From Eledone cirrhosa (taxonomy: Eukaryota): DNA of 64,000 bases. This document shows, one piece after another, positions 1 to 13,138 of the stretch (position 1 is its first letter; every line of letters starts with the position of its first letter). Location of the stretch: contig OZ024741.1 in the NCBI GenBank assembly GCA_964016885.1, forward strand, positions 227,478,001 to 227,542,000, read 5' to 3'. The notes under the pieces were generated by a model that was not told the DNA's origin, did not search any database, and was given only the letters and a program-made list of their open reading frames with translations. The translations under genes and the position numbers were made by a program.

Positions 1-499
1 TTGCACTCACACTGCAATAATTTGCGATATATCTCAACAGTAAAACCGATTTTATGTTTTAGTGTCACCGGAGAAATCCTTTGTCAGCCAATTTCTAACG
101 ACTGGTTTGAGATATCCCAAATATACAAGCTAGTTCAACTCAAACAACTTCAACCCCAAACCAACATATACCCTATAAAAATGTTTAGATCATTCTGACA
201 CCTACCGTCAAAAGGAAAACTCAGCGACACCAGATACAGAGATGTAAAAATCCTTGACTATGTCGCAAAAATGCTTCAAATTAAGGGCGTACCAATCAAC
301 ACATATCGCAGATTTACCACATAAGTTGAACCAACAAATGGAGGTCCTAATTATTCTTTTCTTCGTTTGTACCTATATATATATATATAAATACTATAGA
401 GTAAAGCAAGTCCAGAGAATTATTTGATAATATATATACATCATCTCTACTCCCAAAACACATATACCTGTGACTTTGTTTAATTGGTGTATGTGTAAA

Positions 500-566
<67 letters not shown>

Positions 567-623
567 ATATATAAAATAAAGTAAAATAAAAATTCAAATG
601 TTTTAAATTTAGCTTCGTTTATT

Positions 624-678
624 ACTGCTATATATATTTCGGTGACAGCCATCTTTGGCTGTGACCTCTTCAGGCAGT
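624..678 (-). ncRNA. Minimal type I hammerhead ribozyme (HHR)
   Basis: Minus strand: ACTGC-CTGAAGA-GGTCACAGCCA(AAGA)TGGCTGTCACC-GAAA-TATATA-TA-GCAGT; stem I ACTGC/GCAGT, intact core, palindromic stem III. Confidence 0.85.
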
Positions 679-941
679 CCGAATTAGTGTGGTATAGACA
701 AGTACATATGTTGTTGAGGTGTATTATTTTGTCAATACTCTGATATGCCCAGTTCCTGGTTGGGTTGTTATTTCACTGAGGAACTGGAATCATATGTATA
801 TATATATATATATACATATGTATATATATATATAATATATAGTAATAATAAATTTGAAGACTAACATCCAAAGAGGCCTCGATACCGTTAAGGGTGAAAG
901 CAGAGATTCTTTGCTTAAACTTTAATCTGTTATTTTACTAA

Positions 942-981
<40 letters not shown>

Positions 982-1189
982 TATGGAGAGGGTCATATTG
1001 TTGTAATAATATTGCCAGAATTAATAACAGAACACACTCACTGTTTGGTTGGTTTTCGCTTCTGTATCTTTTATATCAGTTAATTTATTTTTTTCGGTCC
1101 TCAATGTTTACCATTGACTGACCAACGGTCAAAAATACAGATATAATATAGACACAAACACATATATATAGTCTAACAAAGTTCTTTCG

Positions 1190-1883
1190 TTGCACCAAAG
1201 AGACAGAATCAGAGTATACGAAGGAGCCACAGAGAAGCATAAGACCCTCATAGAACTGGACATGAAAGGAATTTGTCCATTATACAGGAGCAAATCATGG
1301 AATAGCTTAGATAGGACTAGACATAAGATAGGGAAAGCCACATCATGGTACGACAACCAGAGATACCAGAGTGTCATGTTCGTGGATGCTAACCCTAGAG
1401 GGAAATTAGCTAACCAGTATAGAAAGGCCCTGAGAAAGACCCACTTAAAAATTAAGGTGGTAGAAAAGCCAGGAACCACCATAAAATCCCTCATCAGCAA
1501 AACATACCCTTTTAAGAAAACCCACTGTACTAATAGGAAATGTATTATATGTAAAGTAAACCCCCGGATAAACTGTAAAACTAGAATCGTAGTCTATAGC
1601 ATAAGATGTACAAAGGGTACTTGCAGAAACATGACAACAACATACATAGGCGAGACAACTCGTAGCATAGGTGAAAGGATAGACCAACACTGGGGGGGAA
1701 CTAATAGGACGAAAAAACAGTTTGGTACTATACGAACACGCCAGATAACAACAAGACGGTAACATAGACAACATAGAAATTAAAATAATATCTAAACATA
1801 GAAATGACCCAGCAGATAGGCAAATCAGAGAGGCCAGCGAAATAGAACTTAGAAGGCCAAGGCTAAACAGAAAAAACGAATAG
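1190..1883 (+). pseudogene. Penelope RT C-terminal linker + GIY-YIG endonuclease fragment (frameshift near 1700, internal stop)
   Basis: CxxC linker, VVYSIRC...TYIGETTRSIGERIDQH; shifted frame continues RQIREASEIELRRPRLNRKNE*. Confidence 0.85.
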
Positions 1884-2173
1884 AATAACATCAACACCCA
1901 AACAAACAATACTGACCTAAGAGAAATATAAATAAATAAATAAATAAATACATACACAAGCACAATAACAACAAACACATATAAACACACACTAGTAAAC
2001 TAAGATAGAATACAATAACCAAAACACAGTCACCCAAACACGAACACACATCAAACAATATACACACACGCAAACGCATGCACAGAGAAGAAGACAAAAA
2101 TAAATAAATAAATAAATGAACAGATTAAATAAAGATGGCGTAGACATACAATACAACAGGAGGAAACATAATA

Positions 2174-2219
2174 GCACCACTGATGATGTTGCAGATGTGC
2201 AACGAAAGAACTTTGTTAG
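2174..2219 (+). ncRNA. HHR motif in Penelope pLTR (weak stem I); mutated copy at ~23260-23306 (-)
   Basis: CTGATGA-T-GTTGCA(GATG)TGCAAC-GAAA-GAAC-TT-TGTTA. Confidence 0.6.
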
Positions 2220-2386
2220 ACTATATATATGTGTTTGTGTCTATATTATATCTGTATTTTTGACCGTTAGTCAATCAATGGTAAACATTGAGGACTGAAA
2301 AAATTAAATTAACTGATATAAAAGATACAGAAGCGAAAACCAACCAAACAGTGAGTGTGTTCTGTTATGAATTCTGGCAATATATA

Positions 2387-2427
<41 letters not shown>

Positions 2428-2453
2428 TGTAATAAACGACATAAGATAATTAT

Positions 2454-2514
2454 TTCATTTACTAGTGGTTTCTTGAAAGCAGATATTGTATCTGTTTTCA
2501 GTCGTCAGAATGAA
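2454..2514 (-). ncRNA. Type I HHR; family also at 8461-8525 (+) and 25648-25706 (+)
   Basis: TTCATT-CTGACGA-CTGAAAACAGATA(CAA)TATCTGCTTTCAA-GAAA-CCACTAG-TA-AATGAA. Confidence 0.8.
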
Positions 2515-3081
2515 TAAAAAAAACATGATGTTGTCCGCATCTGAAATCGCATCTACTTTTTAACTGGATTCCTACGATTACCCAACCACCTTGAGCTTCT
2601 TCTTTACTCATCACGCCTTCCACTCACCACGAATATTATTACCTTATGAACTCATACTTCCTACCCATATATACTTTTTCTCCCTCATCTCCTTCTATAT
2701 ATCTCTTCATTTTTATCTTTTTATTTTTATTTTTATAATTTTTTTCAGTTGACTTATAATCCCCCCTACTTTCTACCTTACCCTTTACACATACACACCC
2801 ACCACCTTTATCCTTTACTCAGTTCACTTTTTAACCAAATACTCTTATCTAGATCTCATCACAAACCTTTTACAACACTTTTTTCCCTTACCTGTTCTTA
2901 ATAATTGTGTTTATTATTTTATTTCAATTTTACTCCCCTTTTGTCCTTACTTACCCACTAGGTTTTTTAATGTACTCACATAGGGTTGTGTGCGGGCGCA
3001 TATGCAGACAGGCTTATGGGTACATAGATTTATAGTATTTTGATTATTTAATTGTATGTGTATGTGTGTGTGTATGTGTGC

Positions 3082-3937
<856 letters not shown>

Positions 3938-4023
3938 CATTTGGAAACCATATATATATATATACGTATATAGAATAAGGAAAAGCGAAGTAGTTTCAGA
4001 TGTTCAAGTCTTTTAATAATAAT

Positions 4024-4097
4024 GCTGTGATATATATTTCAATGACGACAGTGGCCACACTGTTCTGTGTGCCAGTGTCGCGACATCGTCAGACAGC
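4024..4097 (-). ncRNA. Type I HHR (copy 1)
   Basis: GCTGT-CTGACGA-(long stem II)-GAAA-TATATA-TC-ACAGC. Confidence 0.8.
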
Positions 4098-5344
4098 TTG
4101 TTACATAATAAGGTTATGTTTCCGAGGCAATCCAAATTGAATCGACATGGGAACGGACGAAGTGTGTGCTTTTGGGTTCTTCATCCGTTCCCCTGTGAGT
4201 ACCAATTCACTCCCACCGGTCTGCGAAGGCGCATGTCCGAAGGAAGTTGACCTTTAGCTACCGCAGATTTCAACGAAATTCGCTTAGTCAGTTCCCCCTC
4301 TCAGCCAAACAATGACCCATTCAGGCCTGTACCATAGTTTACTGCTACCCATCCCGCCTGTGGCAGTCAGCCGAAAGCCAGAGGGGATGGGAGAGTATTA
4401 GTATTTACAGGTCCCAATACTACCTCTCACCAAGCATGGACAGTACAACTGACCATCAACCCCCTAAGAGAAAATATACTTAATTCTAGGTATCATGGTT
4501 TCACATTGGAAGTTACGAGTGAGAGTTGGAAATAAAAATTAAAATTTAAAATCGAAAATCCTAAATCAAATATCAGAAATTATAAATTAAAAAATTAAAA
4601 AATTAAAAAATTAACAATTAGAAATTAAAAAATGTTTCAAGTGAGAATCCGGATTGAGGTGAGTAAAAAAACATAGATTGAAGTGAGTAAATAATACGCA
4701 GAGAGATGTTTAAGTACGAAGTTCTGAAAGGGGTACTAATGTCACAGTTACACTATCCACATATTGAACGATAGTACCGTACAGTAGAACGGAGGGTAAA
4801 TTACAGTATGAAAGGCAGTAGTCAGTCGGGTACATGTCATAATTTCCATCACATGGAACAAAAGAAAAAAAAAACAGATATAAAGTACTCAAAAGAAAAG
4901 AGCCAATAATGAATAAATGCAAAAACACATAGAGTACATATATGCAAAATGATCCACATGATTGTCAATTTGTCCATGTATAGATTGAATTGAGGGGGCT
5001 TCTATTCAAATCCGATTTGGTGCAGGAAAATAGGGCTTTATCTTTGTTTTTGTTTCCGCGTATTTATCCTGCCGAAAGTTATTATTATGTCCGTCCAGTG
5101 TCAGGGGTTTCTATCACCATGGTAGAGGGAATTTCCTGGTGTAGCTCGTGGTTGGTTCCTCTCTTCTCCACTATATCGGTTACATCATAGAGAACTCAAC
5201 TAATTGGAGCTAAATTCTTAGGGTAAACATTGATGCAATTCAATTCAAGCACTCAACGTACTCCTTCCACATAGGAGTGACGGAGTAAATATCGAATAAG
5301 GAAAAGCGAAGTAGTTTCAGATGTTCAAGTCTTTTAATAATAAT

Positions 5345-5418
5345 GCTGTGATATATATTTCAATGACGACAGTGGCCACACTGTTCTGTGTGCCAGTGTG
5401 GCGACATCGTCAGACAGC
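5345..5418 (-). ncRNA. Type I HHR (copy 2)
   Basis: Same motif as 4024-4097. Confidence 0.8.
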
Positions 5419-5538
5419 TTGTTACATAATAAGGTTATGTTTCCGAGGCAATACAAATTGAATCGACATGGGAACGGACGAAGTGTGTGCTTTTGGGTTT
5501 TCCATCCGTTCCCCTATGAGTACCAATTTACCCCCACC

Positions 5539-5895
5539 AATTCTAGCGGCTTCCCGCCTACATTAGTGATTCCCTCTGGCTTCTCAACATTCTCTACCAG
5601 ATATTTTGTTTTAGTCTCATTCATTCTCAGCCCCACACTCATCGACACAGTCTCAACCTCCTGCATCAAATCCTCTGCCTCCTTCACTGTATTTGTCACC
5701 AAAACTATGTAGTCGGCAAATTCAGCATCTGATACCTTTTTCGCCTTAACTCTCCTGCTCTGAGCCGGTGCTACAGTAAAGCCAGAGTCCTGGTGTGTCT
5801 CCAGTGCAAGGTGCATACAATAGTCCACTACGATGATAAAAAGGTAGGGAGCCAATGTATCTCCCTGGAGAACTCCAGCCAGTATCTCAAAGAAC
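5539..5895 (-). pseudogene. RTE/RTEX-like LINE reverse transcriptase fragment (3' part)
   Basis: FFEILAGVLQGDTLAPYLFIIVVDY...AEFADYI...VGLRMNETKTKY. Confidence 0.85.
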
Positions 5896-6887
5896 CCTGG
5901 TGCCGAGGAAAAAGAACAAAAGGAAGCACGTCAGCTCTGTAAATTCAAAAGTGTGTGCAGCTAGAGAACACCTGAAAGCTGCCAAGGACCAATTCTATGC
6001 TGATCCTACGGAGGAGAGGATGGAGACTGTGGAGGTGATGAGGGAATAACTCTGTACCGCTTACCCTGAGGCCAGAGAGGAGGCACTGATAGAGAAGATC
6101 AGAAGTGTGAAGAGAGCAGTTGACAGATCTGGATGTAAGGAGAGCTGGATGATCATCAACGAGATCACAGGGAGGAAGAGAAGATGTTGGAGTCAGATCC
6201 AGGGAACGGGGCCTGAGGATAGGAAGAGGAAATGGCTAGACCATTTTAGGACCCTACTAGGAGAGCCACCCTTCACAGCCCAGAGCACTGGGGAGATCAG
6301 GCGGCTGTTTGAAGAACTGGATATTGAGACAGAGCCCTTCACCGAGACGAGCTTCAGAGAGCCAAGAAGAGGCTCAAGGAGGGCAAGGCTCATGGAGAAG
6401 ATGGAGTGGCATCAGAGGTGATGAAGAGGTGTGATTTTGATGATATCATCCTGGCACTGGAGAAAGGAGTTGCCCCGAATCAGTGGAGGATCAGTAACAT
6501 TGTCCCAGTGCCAAAGAAGGGAGATCTCTCTAACACCAACAACTACAGGGGGATCTCACTGACGTCACTTGTGGCAAAGACCCTCAACAGGATGATTCTT
6601 AACAGGATCCAGCCTGAGATGGAGAAGAAGCTCAAGGACAACCAGAACGGCTTCAGAGAGAGAAGATCAACCACCAGTCACATCCTGATTCTGAGGAGGA
6701 TATTAGAGAGAGCTAGAGCAAAGTGTCTTCCTGCGGTCATGGTTTTCATTGACTTTAGGAAGGCCTTTGATTCTGTGGACCGTCACTGCCTGATGAAGAT
6801 CTTACAGGGTTATGGAATCCCCAAGAAGATAGTGGACCTGATATCAGTGCTCTACACCAACACCAAACCCAAGTCATTACACCTGAT
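5893..6887 (+). pseudogene. RTE/RTEX-like LINE ORF fragment (5' part of the same element, opposite orientation; frameshifts)
   Basis: IVPVPKKGDLSNTNNYRGISLTS...NQNGFRERRST...FIDFRKAFDSV; ends at QVITPD. Confidence 0.85.
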
Positions 6888-6980
<93 letters not shown>

Positions 6981-6985
<5 letters not shown>

Positions 6986-7658
6986 AGTTAATATGCCCAC
7001 AGGTACTAAGTACCCCTGGAAATATATAGGGTGTCTATGATACAAGGGTTGTTCTATGGTATTAATTTGACATACCAGAACTATAATATTAAGATAAGCA
7101 GAACAAGCAAGATTCAAACAATTTTTAAAAATAAATTAAAAAATATAATTTAAATATTTACCTATTCCAATTGCTTTTACCGATCGGTTTCACTTCACAA
7201 AAGATTGGAGATCCATAGGGACTTCCAGTGGAAAAGTTTAGATAATCAGAAAGCATTTTCCTTTCCTAGGACTAACAGTCCCAGGATCGGCAAAATATAT
7301 TGCCATCTGGCAGCTAGTACAGGATCGAATGGGGCCGAAAATTTGACCTATGCATGAACCAGTCCGTAGTATAAGCGGAAGTAAACATAGACGTATTGTC
7401 TACCTCACCACTAAAAATAGCAGCTAAATAGAACAACAGATTTGTTCTCTACATAACGGAGAATATTAAAAGAAGTTAATATGCCAAAGGAAAATGCTTT
7501 CTGATGATCTAAACTTTTCCACTGGAGGTTCCTATGGATCTCCAATCTTTTGTGAAGTGAAACTGATCGGTAAAAGCAATTGGAATAGGTAAATATTTAA
7601 ATTATATTTTTTAATTTATTTAAAAAAATTGTTTGAATCTTGCTTGTTCTGCTTATCT

Positions 7659-7660
<2 letters not shown>
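6981..7660. mobile_element. Non-coding HHR repeat (~490 bp permuted monomer, minus) plus inverted copy; homologue 38397-38925
   Basis: Inverted repeat 7092-7264 / 7486-7658; short direct repeat 6981-6997 / 7469-7485; (TA)n flanks. Confidence 0.7.
7495..7578 (+). ncRNA. Type I HHR with long stem II; core-mutated inverted copy at 7172-7255
   Basis: TGCTTT-CTGATGA-...TGGAGGTTC(CTAT)GGATCTCCA...-GAAA-CTGATCGG-TA-AAAGCA. Confidence 0.75.
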
Positions 7661-7724
<64 letters not shown>

Positions 7725-7939
7725 TTGTGTATATATATGTGTGTGTGTGTTTGTATATATTTATATTATATTTATATATGGTTATATGTATGTGTTTACG
7801 TATATGTGTGTGTATGCGGCTGTATATATGGTTTCGTATATATGGGTTACTATGTGTGTATGCGTGTGGTTGTGTATGCGTATATGGTTTTTTTGCTCGC
7901 ATTAGTATGAGTATGTGTACGTATGTTTATTTTATATTT

Positions 7940-7987
<48 letters not shown>

Positions 7988-8460
7988 GCATATGTGTGTG
8001 TGCGTGTGTATGTATGTATGTGTATATTTTAATATATATATACATTTATGTATATGCACATCTCGTGTATTTGTTTATTTTTAAGTTGTTTTTATTCCGC
8101 CCCCTTCCCTTCACACACTCATACTTATCGTTGTCAACACGTCTCCTTTTTGTCTTTATTTAGTTTTTGACGTTGTATATTTTTTGTTTTTATTTATTTA
8201 TTACTTCTTGTATATGTATGTGTATACATTTATGTCCCTGTCTGTAGACACTAATACGCTTATGTGAAAAAGTATACGTCTTCGTACTTTAAGTATATCC
8301 GCATGGTTTAGTGTGTGTATGTTTACGTTCTGGATATTAATTGTTTATATATATATTCTTTCCCCCTCTTCTTTTTTGCCCGTTTTTTTCTCAGCCTCAC
8401 TTTCATATTTCTTAAATTTTGTTTTCAAATCCATATTTAATAAAAACACCATATTTTTTA

Positions 8461-8525
8461 TTCATTCTGACGACTGAAAACAGATACACTGGTAGATACA
8501 CTTCAAGAAACCACTAGTAAATGAA
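8461..8525 (+). ncRNA. Type I HHR (stem II partly degraded)
   Basis: TTCATT-CTGACGA-...-GAAA-CCACTAG-TA-AATGAA. Confidence 0.65.
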
Positions 8526-8616
8526 ATAATTATCTAATGTTGTTTATTACATAACTAATAAGCTCTGTAGCCTATATAGAGCACTCTTTTTTCCTGTACC
8601 TTTCCGATGGAATTAC

Positions 8617-8667
<51 letters not shown>

Positions 8668-8674
8668 ATATACA

Positions 8675-8816
8675 TGAGTTCAGAAATAGCCGTCGAAACT
8701 CCTTGAGCTCTGCTGTCGGGATCTAACATTTTCCTACTACCCACTCTGCTACCCTAAGTATTGAGTACTCTAGTGCGTTATGGTCCATCTGGTTTCTTAC
8801 CACACCTCCTTCGTTA
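8675..8816 (+). repeat. ~140 bp dispersed repeat with AGCCGT-CGAA-ACGGCT hairpin; pieces at 9490-9540, 40078-40356, 50469-50610, 51521-51640, 58070-58180
   Basis: Recurrent sequence identity; always in (TA)n; often rearranged or inverted. Confidence 0.8.
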
Positions 8817-8893
8817 TATATATATATATATATGAAAGACGTAAAATAGGAAAATTTTAAAAATTAAAAATCAACTTACTTGCTAAAATTTTC

Positions 8894-8979
8894 ACTCCAA
8901 CTAATTAGTTTCTGTAATGGGATAAATATAGTTACATAATATATATAACTATAGAGAATTCATTACGTCATCAGGGAGT
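8894..8979 (-). ncRNA. HHR with extended stem II
   Basis: ACTCC-CTGATGA-C-GTAATG...TATAGTTAT..GTAACTATA...CATTAC-A-GAAA-CTAATTAG-TT-GGAGT. Confidence 0.8.
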
Positions 8980-9284
8980 CTATTCTCAGCTAAGTTCCCA
9001 GGCAATGCGCGGACACTAGGAACCCATATAAAATAATAATTCAGTAGATGGAATGAAGCTAGCGTGGACTAAATTCCGGAGCACTGAAAAAATTTCACTG
9101 CCTCTGGTCAGTGGCAGATTCTAAAGAATCAATCACGTGACACCGAGGTTAATCAGTTAGGAGCGGGGTGGTATTATGACAAGAGCCTACTACTACCATG
9201 AAACAGCAGTAAATTTTGGCCAGTTTTGCTCAACAAATAATTTGGAGATAAATATAGAGAATTAGTACATCTACCAACATATGT

Positions 9285-9397
<113 letters not shown>

Positions 9398-9460
9398 TAT
9401 ACGAGTGTATACTCGGCCGAAGAAGAATATATATATATATATTTATTTAAAAGAATAGAG

Positions 9461-9492
<32 letters not shown>

Positions 9493-10075
9493 GAACCAGT
9501 AAGACCCCGACAGCTGAGCTCAAGCCGTTTCCTTCGTTATATATATATATATATATATATATATCAAAATGAAGTAACGGAATCAGAAACTCGCGTTAGT
9601 CCCTCTAATTCATGAGCTCAAAGGAAAAAGAATCCCGGGCTTCAAATATAATATAAGGAAGAAAACACATTAGAGAGAGTGTGTGTTTATCAAGTTCAAT
9701 CCAAACACTAATTTTCTGGCGAAACATTCCCTCTGAGTCTGTACGTGTGTGATATATAGTTATAGAGGTGGGTTCCATCATTCTAATTTATATTTTTAAT
9801 TATAATGTATCTACATCACCTTTCTTAGTTTATAGGTTCCATACGCTGGTGGCATTCCCTGTAACATGATAAACACACTCTATCTAGTGTGTTTTCTTCT
9901 CTCTGTCTCTCTCTCTTAGCGGATCCTCAGCTCAAGGTGAAGCAATGTTCTCAGTACGGTGAACTAACTGTTGTGTAACCACTTCTACCTAACTCGTCCC
10001 ATTGACTGAGTGCTCTACCACTATGGATATTACCTTCCAGTGTACTACCTCTCTCTCTCCCTCTCCCCCTCTCTC

Positions 10076-10181
<106 letters not shown>

Positions 10182-10447
10182 AAAAAGGAAAAGAATGATC
10201 TAGTAAGTTATTTGTTAATTTCGGTGGGGAGGATCTAGTAAGTTCTTTTCCTTTAATTAAATATACCTATCTGTACAAAAGAAAATGTCGCTCTACATGG
10301 CTGAATACAATAAATGTAATCTGAGTGTTTCGAATATTAATAATAACATTCGATTCGTTTGCAATTATGCAAACAAGCCTCAATTTTATAGCCATGTCAG
10401 TAGAATGAAAATTTCATTCTTGCTCTTGTGCTGGCATGCGAACAGAA

Positions 10448-10491
10448 CTGCAGACACTAATGTTTCTGGGTATCACCCTTCATCAGTACAG
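10448..10491 (-). ncRNA. Type I HHR inside inverted-repeat element 10313-10917
   Basis: CTGTA-CTGATGA-A-GGGT(GAT)ACCC-A-GAAA-CATTAGTG-TC-TGCAG. Confidence 0.8.
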
Positions 10492-10724
10492 CTCACTGTT
10501 TACCTGCCAAACTGTCAGAGCTAGTGAACATATATGCTATTTTCAAAAATACACAGTGGCTGGTCGGCCTGATTTGCATATTAGCAGACTGGCTGATTAG
10601 TCAGATCTGCATATTAGCAGATCCACTGATCAGCCAGATTTGCAAGAATGAAGTGTTCATTCTACTGACATGGCTATAAAATTGAGGCTTGTTTGCATAA
10701 TTGCAAACGAATCGAATGTTATTA

Positions 10725-10890
10725 AGAGGGTCAGACGCCATGCTTTGCAGCACAGTTACGTCCCTTTACGAACTGAGTTCAAATCCCGCCGAGGTTAACT
10801 TTGCCTTTCATCCTTACGGGGTCGATAAAATAAAGTACCAGTAATGTACTGGGTAATTGCTGGCCTTGTGCCAAAAGTAGAAACAATTAT
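10725..10890 (+). mobile_element. tRNA-derived SINE (5'-truncated) inserted into one arm of the 10313-10917 inverted repeat
   Basis: B box GAGTTCAAATCCC, core CTTTGCCTTTCATCC...GATAAAATAAAGTACCAGT; the arm resumes after it. Confidence 0.85.
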
Positions 10891-11028
10891 TAATATTCGA
10901 AAAACTCAGATTACATTATATATATATATGGAGAGAGAGAGAAAGAGAGAGAGAGAGATACGATACCTGTTCAATATGCCTAGCGCGGGAAATTGAGGAC
11001 TTAGTCACGCCATTAATGTGAAGCATTT

Positions 11029-11128
<100 letters not shown>

Positions 11129-11362
11129 TATATATATATATTATATATATATATATATATATAATATATATAGTTGTTATATAGTAAGGTATACTATTGG
11201 TTGTGTCAAACGGTCCAATAACATTTTTGTTAGCAATATTAAGTTCTCCACGCTTTTGTATATCTCCAATTCCATTTATGGGAACAGCTAGAGATGTAAA
11301 ACGGAGTATTTGTATCAAAATAAAGATCCGAAGGCATGGTATAAATTTCAAATCATTTTAAT

Positions 11363-11434
11363 CACGACACATATTTCAATAAGAGATGGATCGATCGTGT
11401 AGCCATGATCGATTATCACTGATCTCGTCAGGTG
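11363..11434 (-). ncRNA. Probable HHR (short stem I)
   Basis: CAC-CTGACGA-(ATCGATC..GATCGAT stem)-GAAA-TATGTG-TC-GTG. Confidence 0.55.
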
Positions 11435-11577
11435 GAAATGAATTGTTTTCAAATCCTTGATATGAGGGAGAAAATTAACGGTATTCACTCACAGAGTATA
11501 GTCCCTCGTATGAAGATCAAGTAGTGAAAACACGGCGACTGCTATCGTCCTCAGGGTCACAAAACTATCATATATTT

Positions 11578-11652
<75 letters not shown>

Positions 11653-13052
11653 ATAGTGAAAAATCGGGAGATTATATCTAAAGTTGTTATAGCGTTTAGT
11701 CCAACGGACGAGTTAGGTATAGGGTTAGTTCCACAACAAATTAACAAACCAAACTTTAGGTCATGTGTTTCACCTGAAAGATTCTTCAGCACGTGTGGTG
11801 TTATAGCGTGAACAGAAGTATTTATGACCTGGCTGGATTGTACGCAGATGTCAGTATTTGGTTCTGTGACAAAAGAAGTAACTCGAGTATGGCTTTTGTA
11901 GGGAGACAACATTTGAAGAACGATTTCCTGTGATAGTTTAGCTCGGGTTAAACATCTGGTTATCCTAGATCCTTTTAGTTACACAATAGAAATACACAGT
12001 ATGGGGACAGTGATTAGAACAATCGGATCACCTGTTAAGGCAAGCCCTGTTACGTAATCTCTGCAAGATTTTTGTTCTTTCATCGACGCACAACTTACAG
12101 GAATTCGTTCCATTTAAGTATAGTCTCGATTTTTCTGAGGGTATTCCATTGGCTGGAGAAATTCACGCTCGCAACGTTGAGTGACCATACGTGGCTTTCC
12201 AGCATGAGTGTCTAAAGGTCGTCTGATGGTTAAGAAAGCGTTCTTTAACCCGACCCTCCGACATTCCTACATAATAATCATAGCTTTATTATGTTAATAT
12301 AGAAACTACGTAATATGACAGCTGCAGCTTGATAACGTTTGTTTTCCCCATTTAGTGGCTGTTGCGGTACGGTTCAGTACGCTGAGTTTGTGTAGGTGCA
12401 TCGTCCGCATTCGGTTTGCCGAATTTGGAGGGTGGGCCGTGGTTTGATTTAACAGAAATCATGAGCGCAGGCTGGCGTTCGGTGTTTGCTGAGTATTTGT
12501 GAACTGATTGGAGCAATACCGGTCTCTACATATATATAAAGGTGGCATTGGGATAATGGATAATAAATAAAACTATATAAGATAATATTGTTTTTTACAC
12601 AGTATATTTCTTCATAATGTTTCAAAGTAAATAAATAAAGTAAATAAAACGAAATACAATGCCTGTTCCTCTGACACACCTTTCCTATGTTGTGCCTGTG
12701 GAGTGCGTCTACATGAATCAGTCATAAAAGCCACTTTGCTCTATGTAGCTCCATTTATTGTTCATTAGTCTTTTCTGTGTGTTTATAATGAAGACTTCCT
12801 TAATTCTTAAATTCCCCACATTCCTCTCCCTCACCTCTATGGTGACCTCAATATCTTCGTTGCGGCATTTATTAATGTATATTTTTGACAGAGGAAACTC
12901 TCGTCGTTATCTGCTCCTTGATCGGTATGTGTAACATCCGAACACTACTTCCAATGTATAAGGAAAGAGATCTCCTGGATACATAACAGATGTAGCAAGC
13001 GACACATACACCAGCACGGAAGAATTCCAAAGAATTTTCACCGTGTATATAA

Positions 13053-13138
<86 letters not shown>

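Larger units (their letters stand above)
1011..2381 (+). mobile_element. 5'-truncated Penelope-like retroelement with inverted partial pLTR (1011-1195 vs 2197-2381)
   Basis: ~185 bp inverted repeat flanking a GIY-YIG coding fragment; HHR motif in the 3' repeat; (TA)n nearby on both sides. Confidence 0.85.
3973..5538 (-). mobile_element. Retrozyme-like element: two ~245 bp direct repeats 1321 bp apart, each with an HHR, no convincing internal ORF
   Basis: 3973-4217 nearly identical to 5294-5538. Confidence 0.8.

Noticed and set aside
11755-11800. CTGAAGA-ATCT(TTC)AGGT-GAAA-CACATG-AC on minus strand
   Set aside because: No U16.1 and no stem I; at best a relic
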